The position numbers and the translations under genes are program-made. The notes beneath the pieces were generated by a model. The model was given only the letters and a program-made list of their open reading frames with translations. It was not told the origin of the DNA and made no database searches. This document shows, in pieces, positions 1 to 13,880 of a stretch of 64,000 nt of DNA; position 1 is the first letter of the stretch, and the number at the start of each line of letters is the position of its first letter. Origin of the DNA: Thalia democratica. Its lineage: Eukaryota. The stretch spans positions 75,764,001 through 75,828,000 of the forward strand of contig OZ241826.1 in NCBI GenBank assembly GCA_965202585.1, read 5' to 3'.

Positions 1-3000
1 TAGATGAACACGATGTAACAATTTTTTGATGGAAATAAAATTCGTAAACTAAATACAAAATTTGTAATAAATTTTCAAAATGTGTTTTTTAATCTTTACC
101 CAATAATTAGTAATTTAAATTATCTAGAAACTTAAGTTCATGATAATCTGAACCGCACGTTCATCAACAACAGTTCAAGCGACCTATTTTTATAGAAATT
201 AGGACTCATCAGGCAGACACAATCAATAAGATACATTATTTCAGTCGAACTACAAAGCTTATACCAAAGCTAATGGTGGAACTTCTTGTTTTATGTAATT
301 TTTATCATTTTTTGTAACTTTTTTTGAACTACCAGTTTTTTTTTATAAAATCTAGAAACTCCAACATAGAACTTTCTTATATTCGTTTTAAATTGTTCAC
401 ATTGTGTTTGTGTGACAATTAGCCACATGTAAAAAAAGTTGAGCTTAAAACTCCACGGTCGCAATTTTCGGATCCCATACGTTTTGCATTGGGGTGGTTT
501 TTCGAAAATTGGTTGGTGCCAAGGTGAAATGTTCTTAAAATCATCTAAAGTTTGTACAAAGTATTTAAATGTTATTTCCAAAACATAAAAATTTTTCCAG
601 GTGGAAAACCAAAAGTAGCTGTAAAAATAAGCACCCTAGTCTGTAGGCGTGATGGAAATTTAAAATATTTCTTTTATTATGTTTCTGTTGTTTTCCATAA
701 GTTCATGATGCTAAACGACTATTATCCAATGAAAATAGCATTACTGACGACAGGTGTGGGCTTGAATATTAATTACGACGTCATTTTCAAATAAGCCGGT
801 ACAACAAAGCTTGTAATTTTTTATTGCAAAGTTGTAGAATAGCATAAAATATTAAATGTTTAGGCTTTGCTGATGGTCTGAGCTCATATTTAGAAGCTTT
901 TAGAAGACCATTACCGCATTATCGAAAAGTAATTTTTGTGAAAATATCGAAAAGTAATTAATAACAATTTCGCTTTCAAAACTTAATAAATATATTCATT
1001 GATAAAAAGAAGCATGCACTAAAAAAGTTATTTTTTTCTTATAAAATTAGTTTATCTCATGAACTTTTTTTTTAATATTTATACCAAGCTCTTTTAATTA
1101 AAATTTGTTTGATTTAGTTATAGGTGAAAAATACAGAATGATAAATGCCTGCAGTTAAGTTGACAACAACAAAACTTGAAACTAACAAACACTAAAGTCG
1201 TACCCATTTAGAATTGTATGTTAAATTTTTATGAAAACTGTTTGTTTATAGAAGATCAATAACCAGCAATGAAAACGATATTTCACGCTTGACTTGCTTT
1301 AGTCTTATAATAACAACCACTCGTTTTATTATAAAAGCATTGGCAGTTCTCAGAAACAAAGACAGACGGTAGTAGGGGTTTTAATTAATAACGAACTTGT
1401 ATAAACGCTCTTGTTAATGACAGACAAATTAATGAAACCGCGCTGTGAGCACAACGCAATCTCGAATACACGTCGATTATACTTTCAGAAGGCGCTGGCA
1501 GTTTTATATATAAGCTTTTAATGAACAGTCTTGCATTCTTCTATTGTTGCTCAAGCTGTGTGGTTTCAAATTGAAGGCGATCATGTCTGTGCATTAACAC
1601 TGTCGTGATTACCTAATGTGCTGGCTCGTTATGTTTGGAAGTAGCCCAAAAAGTTTTTGATATCAACCGTAGAAAAATTCAACTGTCATTCAGAGTATAT
1701 TTGTCAACAGAGGCATCTTTGTTTGTCGCCAGACACGACTTTAAAGAATATTTAAACTCGAAATCACCGCGGTCTAATAGGCGATATTTATAGACTGTAT
1801 TTGCAGACTGTATGTTTATTGTAATTTATTCTGCACATTTTATATGCATATTTTTGTAACAAACCACGTTATCGTTATTCGTCAAGAATTCGATACACTA
1901 TAATATTCATGCATGAACTTTGAGTGGACATCATTGTAGAAAAATACAATGACAGTTTTTTTTACTAAATTTTGTATCTTGGAAAAAAATTAATAAATCA
2001 TTAATTTATAAAACTTTAATTTTGAAAAGAACAAAACTTTTGTAGTTGTTATAACATATACTTTTAACTAAAATAGCGAAAAGTTATACTGTATTTAAAA
2101 TTTTTTAGATAAACTTTAAAAATGTTATTTCAGTTTTAAAATATAAAACTACTTTCATTAGCCAAAATTAAAGCTTGACAGTCTAAGTACTACTTAAAGC
2201 CACTTTATAACCTCATAGATAAAATCAGTGGTATTTGTCATCTATAATCTAAAGTAAAATTGATCAAAACTTAATTTTTAAGTCATTAGGCACCTAGCTT
2301 TCGGTTTAAAATACTTTAGTTCACTCCTAAACCAAGGTCATATCAGTTAAAATATGTTTTATTCTATATTCGTTTGTGGAACTAAGTAGTTCTTAAATTT
2401 TTGGATTGTTACTATATTGAAGACTTTTTATATCAATAAAAAGTTATTAAATTTAAATGTAAACTAGCCTCTTTTGTAACCGAAATAACTGGTGTACCTC
2501 CAAAACGAAAACGTTCAGTTGGATGGGTCTCTTGGATTAACCAGGGGTACCTGGAACTAAAGTACAAAAATAAAACATGAAATTTATGTATTTTATTAAA
2601 TTTAAGGTGGTGAAAAAAATTAGATAAAATTGATAAAAATTTCATTCTTAGAATTTGTATACAAAAGCTTATTCTAAGCCAGTTCGAAAAGCATTGACTT
2701 TCGTATTGTAGAATTTGATACGTTAGGCTTACAGTAAAATGGGTTGGCATCCAAACTTTACACTATTGCGTCTAAAAAAGGCCTATATAGCTTTGAAAAT
2801 ACACAGAAAGGTTTGAGAATGCAGAAATAAACTGCCACGCCGTCTAAGCTGTGAGCAATCTATTCCAATTAAGTTGGCTTATGACGGATCAACAGCTAAT
2901 TATCTGTCCTGCCAGCAAACCACTGCCATCTAGTAAACAGTGCGTTTCATTCATGAGAGCGAGTTTTCGCATTTAGTGGCGCAAATTCGTGTGAAGATAA

Positions 3001-4340
3001 AGATCTTCAGCTAAGTTATTACGTCACAGTAAGAGATTGAAACTTGATTATTAAGTAACATTCAATCATGTCACAAACAAGTCGCAAAACATCGCGCCGT
3101 CCCCTTAAATCTCCTTATCTCCAATACAAATCGTCTGTTGTTGAGCAAAAAAAGCAATTAGTTTTGCCTTGTGACTTAAATAAAGAAATTATGTAAAAAT
3201 ATGCTTCAGACTCTAATAGTTGCACAATCCTAACATATTTCTGACTTTTGAACTAAGTTTGTAAATTCAAGTGTTTAATCAAAGTTCTTTTTTAACACTT
3301 AAAAAGTCTTTGATGAGATTAAGCTGCTTAAGTAATTATCTGAATTGAAAGAAATGTAGGCAGTACTTATAAACTGATTAATGCACGATAGATAAATATT
3401 GTTAACTGGCAACAGTTTAATTGAATTTACAAACTTAGTTCAAAAGTCAAAACAAATATGTAAAAAAATTTCTACTTATTTTTGTTTTTTGTTCTGTTTT
3501 AACATCATGTCAAATACTTTAGGCTAATTAATTACGTACTATACGTAATAAGTCTTACCCTGATTATATCAAGTGTTTATGTATCTTCCACCAAGTGAAA
3601 ACATCAATGTTAAAGTTTTTGAAATTATGAACTACAAGTTTTCTTTTACCTTAAACTTTGAATAAGAAGCTGAGTTTTTTAATGACATAACTTATTTGAA
3701 ATTTTAAAAAAATTGTTAGGAAAAACCTTTTAAGAGAGATAAGTTAATTTAAGTCAGAATATTCAATCCTAAAAGTAGCTGGTTGCGGTTGTAATTATAC
3801 TAGAAGCTGATCAAATAATTTTGCTCGGATAATATGAAAGCCATCTTAATATGACGTATTTATAATGTGTGCAGATGTTAAAATAGTTTTGTGGTAATAT
3901 CCAAGCAAATGGCTTTTGTTGAATAGTTTTTTCCAGTTTTTTAAATAAGCTTTTTAAATAAACTTTTAGGAATGACTGTATTTTTCCGAGTATTTTTTTA
4001 TTCACCAATTTGATTCAGAAAATTTATCTAAACTATATCACGAATGAAATAAACCTGATAAACGTTTAATAAGTTTATATAACTTATTACAATTTAAAGC
4101 GGCAAATAACGTTCCGTTTTAAAAGACCGCTTCAAAAAATCAACATTTTGTTAAATATTTTCAACGTATTTTTTGAACTTGAAGACTTGTAATTTTTTTC
4201 AAAGCGTTTCGAAAAACTATGTACTTATATTGTACTCTGTACGCCCTAAAACTCGTAAACGTTTCTCCATCACAAAAACGCCTAAACTGTACAATAATCG
4301 CATAAATGCTCAGAAATATTTTAGCTAATTTATATCCGAT
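1..4340 (-). pseudogene. Copy D (5' part only): decayed duplicate
   Basis: Remnants of exon 61050-61137 at ~2468-2556 (in-frame TGA, donor gt->gc) and of exon 63530-63577 at ~3558-3608. The 62466-62596 homolog is absent. Bases 195-260 match 16250-16320. Confidence 0.75.
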
Positions 4341-7300
4341 AAACAAGTATTCAAAATATAGTAGAAGCTAAGTTAACTTTTCAATTTTAAATAAAAAATG
4401 TTTATAAGATCTTTTGACGCTCAAATTATAAACAGTAATTAACTTCGCACCTTAAACTTTCAAAAAGTTTCTGTTTAAATTTCTATCTATATTAATACTT
4501 AAAATGCTAAATACAAAGAATGTTGTTGTATTTTCAAAAACTTCTTTGAAATGAACTTAGTTAACTTTAATTAAACCTTCAATATTTCAAAAGGTAGATA
4601 GTTTACTTTTAATCAATCATTAAACTATTTAACGTTGCAAGTAATTAACATAAATTAATGTTTGTAAACATAATATATGTCGGTTGTTTTTTGGCAAGTT
4701 GTATTAGATTAAATTACTAAATTAAACTGGTGAAAGTTTAGATATCTAATATAAACTTTAAGTAGTCCTATGTTTTTAGAATATGCAGTAAAAGTTGCTT
4801 GATAACTTGAAATTTATTTTGAAACTTTTTTTAAAACAACAATTAGAAACATTAATCAAATTTAATAATTTGACGAACACTTTGAGGAAAATAGTTAATT
4901 TAGTATCCTAATAACCATCCGAGTACACAGAACTGGTGCTCATAAAACACTTTTCAATCACCTGGATTTTTTACGATTTCTTCCTACCGCTTTGTTTTAA
5001 AGACTCTGCCACTAGACAGAGTACAAAAAAGAAAAGTGAAAAAAATATTAGGTTTTATTTGAACAGATCAAGTAGAAGATGTATTAGTTATCTAACAGAC
5101 TAATGGTTAAGTTAAAAACAATTAGCAGATAGCATTGTCATTGGTATTCTCCGTACAGTATATGCATTACACAACATTATTATAGTAATACCCTCAATAC
5201 GTCTCTCCAATGTTTTATATAATTTTTCTCATCACTTTTGGCGCTAAGGTGTTACACCTTCGACAAAGCAGAGTTTAACTACTTAACTTTTAATTAGTAC
5301 AAGTGAAACTTTTTAACATTATACACCTTTTTTATATACTCATGTTTTTATCATCTAATAAAATCATTGTTTTTGAATAATTTACTTTCGCTATATTAAA
5401 TAAACATGTACTGTTAATTAGTTTGTCTGGCTACCTACTTTTGTAATAGTTTACCTACCGTATCATTCAATGTTTGAGAATAATTATTTTGTTGAAACTT
5501 CGACTAAAAAAAGTTTTTTGCTTTGATTTCATAATACTCTAATCTAAAACTTATCAAAGATTTTATATTGTAAAAAAATCTAAGTAAATATTTCAGCTTT
5601 ATTTTGTTTGTTGTTCATTATGTAAAATCAGTTTAATAACAATGATGAAAAACGTACGAAACAATCATTATAACTGAAAACAAATACATGTTACATTGAA
5701 AAACTTTAAAGTATGTACACTACATATAAATACATAAGTATTTAAATATCAACTTAAGCAATGGTTACTACAAAGTTATGAATTTTGATTATGTTTTAAA
5801 ATGTATAACCCCAGTGTATTGCTATTTACAAAATTTCGAGGTTTAATAATAAGTTAAGTTCAGAAAACAGCTTTTATCAAAAAACGTTTAACGCTAAAAT
5901 TGTCTATTGTCTTTCCAGACTTGAATAAAATTAGAATAAAAAAAGTTAATTTTCTAAATAGGGAGTAACCTATTTAGCATAAACTCGAAACCTAAAAACT
6001 ACTACACTTTATTTTATTCAAGTAGTCACAAAATACTTACATAAGTGGAAAAAAAACCTCGTTATTTTAAATTTCATTAGTGTTAAGGTTTTGATTTAAA
6101 ATATATGCGGTTTGAATATGATTTCAAAGAATAAGAATTAGCAATCAAAGGTAATGTTTTGATCTTACCGCATCAAAGTAATTATATTCGTAAAAACAGT
6201 GCAGCTATGCAAACACATTATTATTAAGTTTTATTAAATTTTCAATCTAAAGAAGACTAGGTGCTTAAGCCATCTTGAATAAAATGGGTATTATAATGAA
6301 AAAGCATTTCGTTTTCTATCAGAACAAAAAATGCAGCTTAAAGTTTTGTAGATTAAAATGGAATTTAATGCTAAAAAGTTCGCTGAGTTTAAACTGGTTC
6401 AAACTTCTTGATTTTTAAGACTACAGTATAGCGAGATCAAAGTAAACAATCTGTAACAAATGGGAAAAACAAGCCAGTTCAATAGAAATTTAACTGGTTA
6501 ATCTCGCAAAATTCTGACTATTGCGGCTCTTTTCATAAACAAACAGCTTGTCTAGTGGTAAGTATTTAGTAATCAGATTTTTACGGGTGGATTTCACACT
6601 AAATTATTCTGCAAACTTCAACAATTTATGATAACCACAAACTGTTTCCCAAAAATATGTTTTTGGTAGCTTCATTCCTTTTTACCAAAAAAAAGACTTT
6701 GATATCAAAAAAGTCTTTTTGGATTGTTTTGAAAAGTTTTAAAAATTATTAAAATGCTGTCAAGTTTTACTTATGGTATTTAAACCGGTGTGAACGATTA
6801 AGTTCTTTTTTTGGTTTTTGTTTGTAGAAAGCTTAATGAATATTTTTCCAATTTTATAATCTTTTAACATTAAGTTTTTACATAAATTTCTGAAACTAGT
6901 CAACAACATAGTCATCAAAAAACTTAACATATCACTTGTTTTAAGTATAATGATGATTATAAAATCTTAAATTTAAGTATTAAATACAATTCATCTAATT
7001 TATAACGATGATGTAAACTAAAAACTTAGTATACTGTCTGAATTTTAATAAAAAAATTCAATATAACAACCTTTATTTTGATTTGCTCGTTTTGTTAAGT
7101 CTGTTTTATTAAGCCTATATTTACATTTTAAACTAGTAGGTAGTAATTTTATGTAAAAAAGTTGCGTGTTAAATTAAAAAAAACTCTCATTTGGGTGGCA
7201 AACAAAACTATAATGATTAAATTAAACCAAAGGGTCGCTCCTATCAAAAGAAACTTATGGCATAAATTTCTAATAAGTGACAGTTAATGAATATTTTTTT

Positions 7301-8239
7301 CATTATAATGCTATTATTTAATAAAAAGTAGTACCAAAGCCAAATCGATGTGTTTTTTGTTTTAAATTAATGATAATAGTTCAATTTTTTTTATTAGGCA
7401 CGAACTCTAAGTCCATACAAACTTTTAAATAAGTATATGTCTTTAAAAAACTACTTATAAAATTTTAACTACACTGAAAAAGTATTACTCTTAAAACTAA
7501 AAACTGATATAAATTCTAAAGTAGTTATCAAAAAACCTATAATTGCTAATGTAATGTAGTCTTATTAATTATTTTTAGCCAGTTTAAATTAAATTTATTT
7601 ACCTTAAGATTTATTTTTTAAACTACAAAGATTTGTTTTTAGGCTAAAGAACTTTATCAAGTTTTAAGCTCTGTAAAAATCATTATGGTTGTTATAAATT
7701 TTACTTTTTATTTGTTGTGAAATGTTTTACTAGGTGCTTCACTTTGTTCAAGCCATTAATTCTGATTAAAATTTTACATGTAAAACACTCTAAAAACTAT
7801 GGAGTCAAGTCACATGTGTATTGCAAAACACTAAACAAAAAATTATTGTAATATAATAGTTTGATAAATATTACAAAATGTTACAAAAATTACCATAATA
7901 ACTTAAAAATCATTGTAAGTATAAAATGCAATTTTGAAAACACAACACACTTGAAACTTGATATATTTTTGTAGTTTAACAAATATGGGATGTATATTTT
8001 AATATTTTGCATTTGTATTGTACAAAAAATCGACTTATAAATCTTAAACGGTTGATTGGTTGTAAAAAATTATTAAATGTGTTTATGAAAAAATTTTGTT
8101 ATGTTAAAGAATTTTTGATAAAATTTATTTTGAAACACGCTACTTCAAATTAATTACAACGAAAATTAACAATTCAATTAAGTTAAATGATTTAGAAATA
8201 AAATTACGTGGCAACTTTAATTGAAATTAGTCAACAAGC

Positions 8240-9656
8240 GGGCAGGACTTTTTATGGGTAGTTTTAAATATTGGGTACTTTTAATTGCAGCATTTTTGCA
8301 AAAAAAAGTACCCAATATTTTGATAATGTCATTAACTTTACTTTGGGTACTTTTGAAGCTTAAACTTTCTTAACAAAACAAAACTGCTGTATAGGCCTAT
8401 GATAAATTCACTTTGTTTTATTTTTCTAAATATAAACTATAACTGAAATAAAACAATAGAATGTAAGTAAACATTTCCCTATGTTATCAAAATTGTAGAA
8501 ATATAATTTTCAACTTTGATATTTTTTGTGTAAGTACAATTTTAAATTTAAGCACAAGTTAAGATATTGACTTTTTAAATTTTTGTTTTATAGTTTATTG
8601 ATGACTTTAAGTTATCATATTTTATCAAAATTTCATTATTTTACATGTAGAAGTAGTTTAAAAATTATAGATTTTTAGGTGATTTTTGTTTTAAATACCA
8701 GATTTTTTCAATTTTTTTAATTTCACAAGTTCAAGGTTTTTCCAGTTTTTGTTTAAACTGTCAAGTTCCTGGGTTCCAGGTGTGTTGGCAACCCTGCTCA
8801 AATTTTAAGGAAGTATTCCTTTCAATATTTATTAATAAAAAGAAAAAAGAAAAAAAGTTGACAATTAAAACCTACTGTACTCTCCTATTTTAATGTTACG
8901 TATCAAAAATTTGTTTTCGTATAAAAAATCTGTATAAAGCTACTTGTAGTTTAGATTAAAATTTATAAAGTGACATCAACTTGTAATAAAAGTGATCTAC
9001 ACCCTTCCTGTACCCAAGGTGACTCCTAAAGTTTTTTTTGAAATTTTATTAAATTTTTCTAAATTTAATATATTTTTAAAAATGCAAGTCTTAATTACTT
9101 TTTTACAAAAAACAAGTGATCAGAATTTCAAGTCATTCTAGGATTTTAGACAACATTCTAAGATTTCCATAAGCATCTAGGTTTGATGGCCATCCTGTTA
9201 GCTTTATTTCAAACTAAAAAAAGGTAGCTTTTATAGAAGTAGATAACTTATGTACAACTAGTTCAAATTTTTCTATGACTGAAGTTCATTAATAAACTAT
9301 AAAACAAAAATTTTAGAAATCAATAGCTTAATTTGTTTTTAAATTTAAAATTATAACTTACACAAAAAATATCAAGGTTGAAAATTATATTTTTACAATT
9401 TTGATAACATAGGGAAATGTTTACTTACATTCTATTGTTTTATTTCAGATATACTTATTTTTATATTTAGAAAAAATAAACAAAGTGAACTTATCATAGG
9501 CCTAGACAGCAGTTTTGTTTTGTTAATAAAGTTTAAGCTTCAAAATTACCTAAAGTAAAGTTAATGACATCATCAAAATATTGGGTACTTTTTTTTGCAA
9601 AATTGCTGCAATTAAAAGTACCCAATATTTAAAACTACCCATAAAAAGTCCTACCG
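8240..9656. mobile_element. Long-TIR (foldback/Mutator-like) non-autonomous element, 1417 bp
   Basis: About 370-bp inverted arms (8240-~8612 vs ~9277-9656); flanking 8-bp direct repeat caacaagc (8232-8239, 9657-9664); empty sites at ~25480 and ~41530. The superfamily assignment is tentative. Confidence 0.85.
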
Positions 9657-10071
9657 CAACAAGCAGTCTAAAACATGACGTAACTATAAGAAGCTTCGTT
9701 AGAATGAATTTCCGTCTAGATTGATTTCAGCGATTTTTTTATTAATTACTACTCATTCCACAGGAGCTAATCAACGGTTTTGAAATAATATAGCAGGCAT
9801 ATAAATTCATTTTCAAAAGGCTTGACTCCAGAGTATAGAATAAAAAATTTTTGGAACAATCTTCAAAAAAAATTCAAATTACTTGTTACAGCAATCTTTA
9901 AATAATCGTTTAACCTTTGAGATTAAAAAAAAATTTCCAGCTTAATTTTAGATTGAAATTTAAATTAGACAATACGTATTAGTTCTTAAAAGTCAAAATA
10001 AAGTTTTTTATAGTTCAATCTAATATAAATTTATTTATAATTAGACAAAAATTGCTTTGTAGAGTTTAATG

Positions 10072-10419
10072 CAGGGTTTCCCAAAGTGGGCCATGACAGA
10101 TACTCAGGGGGCCATGAGCAGCAAAGGGGGAAGAGGGGGGGCCATGAGCAGTAAAGGAGCCACAGGGGGGGCCAAGAGGCCATAACTTGAAACTTACACT
10201 AGATATTCTTGAGTTGCAGATGAAGAGCAAAAAAAAAAAAAAAAGGTCTTACGTGTATTTTATGGCAGTTTAGAAACTTACACTAGGTGATGAAGAGCAA
10301 AAAAAAAGGTCTTATGTGTATTTTATTGTAGTTTATGAGTAATCTATATGTTGAAGGGGGCCATTACTTTTTCAAACTCTTTAAAGGGGGCCATTAGCAA
10401 AAAAGTTTGGGAAACCCTG
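10072..10419. mobile_element. hAT-like MITE (348 bp), unique to the unit upstream of copy D
   Basis: 14-bp perfect TIR cagggtttcccaaa/tttgggaaaccctg; 8-bp TSD gtttaatg (10064-10071, 10420-10427); repeated GGGGGCCAT subterminal motifs; empty site at ~25785. Confidence 0.92.
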
Positions 10420-12738
10420 GTTTAATGCATATACCTATAGTTATTTGCAAAAGAAATGTTAGGTATTTCAACATTAAGTGTCAATTACAACAACTTTTCT
10501 GTTTTCAGTATGGAAAAAAAAGTAACTTAATTCAATTAACTTAATTTTCCTAAACCAAATCAGCAGTTTTAAGAAATTTTGTTCTTTTAAAATGTTTGAC
10601 TAAATGTTTTAAAAAGCGTTTAGATTTTTAATTTGTGCTTTTAAGTTTATGTAATGTTTAAAAGTTAATTATTTCCGATACACTTGCTTGTCATTTTAAA
10701 TTACATAAAAAATCAGCTAAAATATCAATTACAGAAATCAATAATTTTTTCTAAAGTAGTTCTAGTTTTTATATACATATTAAGCTTTACTAATATAATT
10801 ATTTTAAAATCATAGTTTTTTATATCGAACTATAATTTCCGAGAAAAAACATAAAACTTTAAAGTAATTTTGTAGATACAAACTAGTACGGTAATAATAA
10901 ACTTAATTATAAAAAAAATTACATTAAACAAAAAAGAACAAAAGTTGTTAAGCTTTTAAATTTAATTTTTTTACAGGAACAAATTGAATAGATATATAAG
11001 GAATAGCTTCAGATATCAAATATCAAAAAGTAATAAAAATTGCAAGTATGGGTAAGTAAATATGTACAAGTCCTAGTTGACTGATGTAAAAAAAAAACTT
11101 TGTAAAAAACACAAATATTAAAGTTGCAACTAAAAGAAGGAGTTTTAAAAAGCAAGATTTTATTTAAAAACTTTTCATAAGCTTGACACATTTTTGTTAA
11201 GTGTTTAAAACATTTATAAAGTTTTGTGAATGTCATTTCACAACTTTGTTTGATAACTGAAAGTTTAAGAAAATACTTAATCATAAATGTGTAAACATAT
11301 TTTTATACAGTTCACAAAAGTTTTAATCTAACAAAGTTATTTATGACTTTTGTCGCCAAACAAGGTTAAACGTTTTTTAATTACATAAAGTATAATATTG
11401 GAAAAACGACAAAACGACAAAAAATACAATTTTTTTGCAAAAGTTAAACATTTCTATTTGAAACTTTTAATTAAAAAAATGATTTTATATTTAGTTCTCA
11501 AAACTGTATATAAACTATTTAAAAAGAAAAAAAAGCTTATAAAGCTTTTTTTCCTAAGTTTATCACTATTATTTTTTCTGCTTAGTTTTTCTGATATAGC
11601 TTATAATGAAGCATACAGTTCTATAAGAAATGTTTATGAATTTTTAAATAAGAAGAATGTTTTACTCAAATAAATACTGAGTATAGTGTCCCGTCGTCGT
11701 TAATTGTCATTTTTTTAAATAGCAGCTTTGCATATAGCTTCTTGCAATGCTTTTATAAATTTTGAAGTGTTTATTTGATCATCACTGTTTAAATTGAACT
11801 TACTTCTGGGTTTAGACGCTAGTGCTTCTAATGTTTTACTTTTACTAATTCCGATATCTACGATAATTATGCGAACTTCTGAAAAATAAACAAGATTAAA
11901 AGTTTTAATTTGGTAATAAAATTTACTTTATAATTAAATTTAAAAACCTTCGTTTTGTTGTTTGATAATTTTAGATCTTTCTACTGGCTGTTGTTCGTTA
12001 CTCTCCTGATAATATTTTGAAGATATCTCTTATTGCTTTTGTGTATTTAGGCATATAAGTTTCTTGCAGCAACCTCAAAACTTCATACAAGTTCACTTTT
12101 CCGTCTGAAAGTTATAAAAACACGGTTGTACTATTACTTATTTTAAAGTTTGTTTAAACAGCTTTATTAATACATAAGTTTAACTTAAAAAAATACTTTA
12201 GATATTCAAATCTGTCTACGTATTCATTTTTTATTTTAAAATATGATTCTCAAAATATTAAGTCCTAAGACTTGGTACACGAAGAACCATTCGATTATCA
12301 AGTCGCACACCATGGATACCTTTTAAGGTCTTGTCCAGGACAATACGTTACTTTACATACAAACTGCTACTTTAAAAATGTTTGTGCGGCTTATAAATTA
12401 CAGTTAGAACGAAAACATGTTATTAAAATAAGACTACATAATTACATCATGGCTTAAAGTATAAATTTTAGAAAATTTTAAACTCATATTTCAAATTTGA
12501 ATGTAAAAAAATATAAACTTTCTTTATGGTTTTAGCATGCTAGTATGATAAACTATTTAAAATATTTTTCCCCATAAACTAAGATGTTTGTTAAACTTGT
12601 TTATAAAAAATTTCAAAAGTTAACAATATTTTTTATCAACAATTATTATTAAAATTTTAGATTTAAAATTATTTAAATCTAAACAAATTCAACACACATA
12701 TTCCATCTGTTTATAAACTGATAAATACTTCAGTGCCT

Positions 12739-12930
12739 TATCAAAACTACAAAGCGTTACGGCGCGTGAACTTGACAATGAAATTGAATTATCTAATTGT
12801 CAGACAAAAGAAAGGCGTTAGTGTTTTCCGAGTAGCAACTTTAGAGTTGTCTTCTTCATCAAATTGACATTAACACCCAGCTGCGAGTTAAGCAGAGAAT
12901 AAATAAGACCGGTAGACAGTTTCAATTTAA
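12739..12930. promoter_or_regulatory. Ultraconserved non-coding block, putative enhancer; copies at 28852-29040 and 51029-51220
   Basis: 105 bp identical in all three copies (12739-12843 = 28852-28956 = 51029-51133), intronic in copy A. Contains TGACA/TGTCA, ACAAT/ACAAAG and TAAT-type motifs. Function is inferred. Confidence 0.6.
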
Positions 12931-13880
12931 AGAACTGAAGTTTTTTTAGAGTTTGTTCTGTTGAGGATAACTCTATAATCTGTGTTTTTTTACTCCTTGA
13001 GGTTTCTGTAATGATTTATTTATTGCACATTACAAATACTTATTATAAAGTCATAAACTGATAAAACTGTACAACATGTTTTGTAAATTCGATTAAAAAC
13101 AGATCAATAATATCAGTTGTGGTATTTGATACTATTTTAATCAGGGGTAATTTCAAAATATGCGTGTAAAATAGCCTTGTACTTTGTTCCTACACCCTTA
13201 AATATTATGATAACTATCAAAGTGGTAAATATTTTTCATCGAAGTATTTAAATTACATTGTAAACATTTGACAGGATTAAACTTAGTAAAATTTATAAAG
13301 ACCTTTTTGATAAGTTCGAACGTCTGTAAGTTAAACTAGAAATTTAACAGACTAAGGTTAAACATAATTGAAACGAACTTGTTTGGATACTAAATTAGTA
13401 CTTCATTCACTAATAAAAATGATTTACAAAGTATAACTTGAAAGCTAGTATTTCTAATGTTATTATCGTTAATACTTTCGTAAAACATAATTATTTGCCG
13501 TTGCCAACAAAAACTACAATATTTTTTGTAACGACTAACCTTTTTTTCTAAAAAAAAGTGAAAAGATGTTTCAATAATTGAAATTTACAATTTAAGAAAA
13601 ATAAATTTAAGCAATAAAAATTCAACACTAAAAAATTTTCCAGTACTTAGTTTGATATGCCATAGTTAAAATGAAAAAGTTTAAGTTTTTAAAGTTAAAG
13701 AAATAGTCTAGCAAAAAAATCAAACTAACTGCCTAAAATTTGTAAAACAGCTAAGAACATTTTATTACTAACTGGTGTTAAAAATTATGATTAACTGAAT
13801 TTTTACTGTCTAAACGAGCAAAGTTTTACAATTAAATGCGGTTATAAGCATAAATAAAACACTTGTCAAGTGGTGAATGC

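Noticed and set aside
1594-1614. TAACACTGTC matches the start of miR-141/200a
   Set aside because: The rest of the mature sequence does not match, two copies have TGACACTG, and the hairpin is only 40-46 nt.
2905-2930. Minus strand TGGCAGTGGTTTGCTGG resembles miR-34/449
   Set aside because: The seed is not kept in the other copies (TAGCAGTG, TGACAGTG) and no pre-miRNA hairpin is evident.
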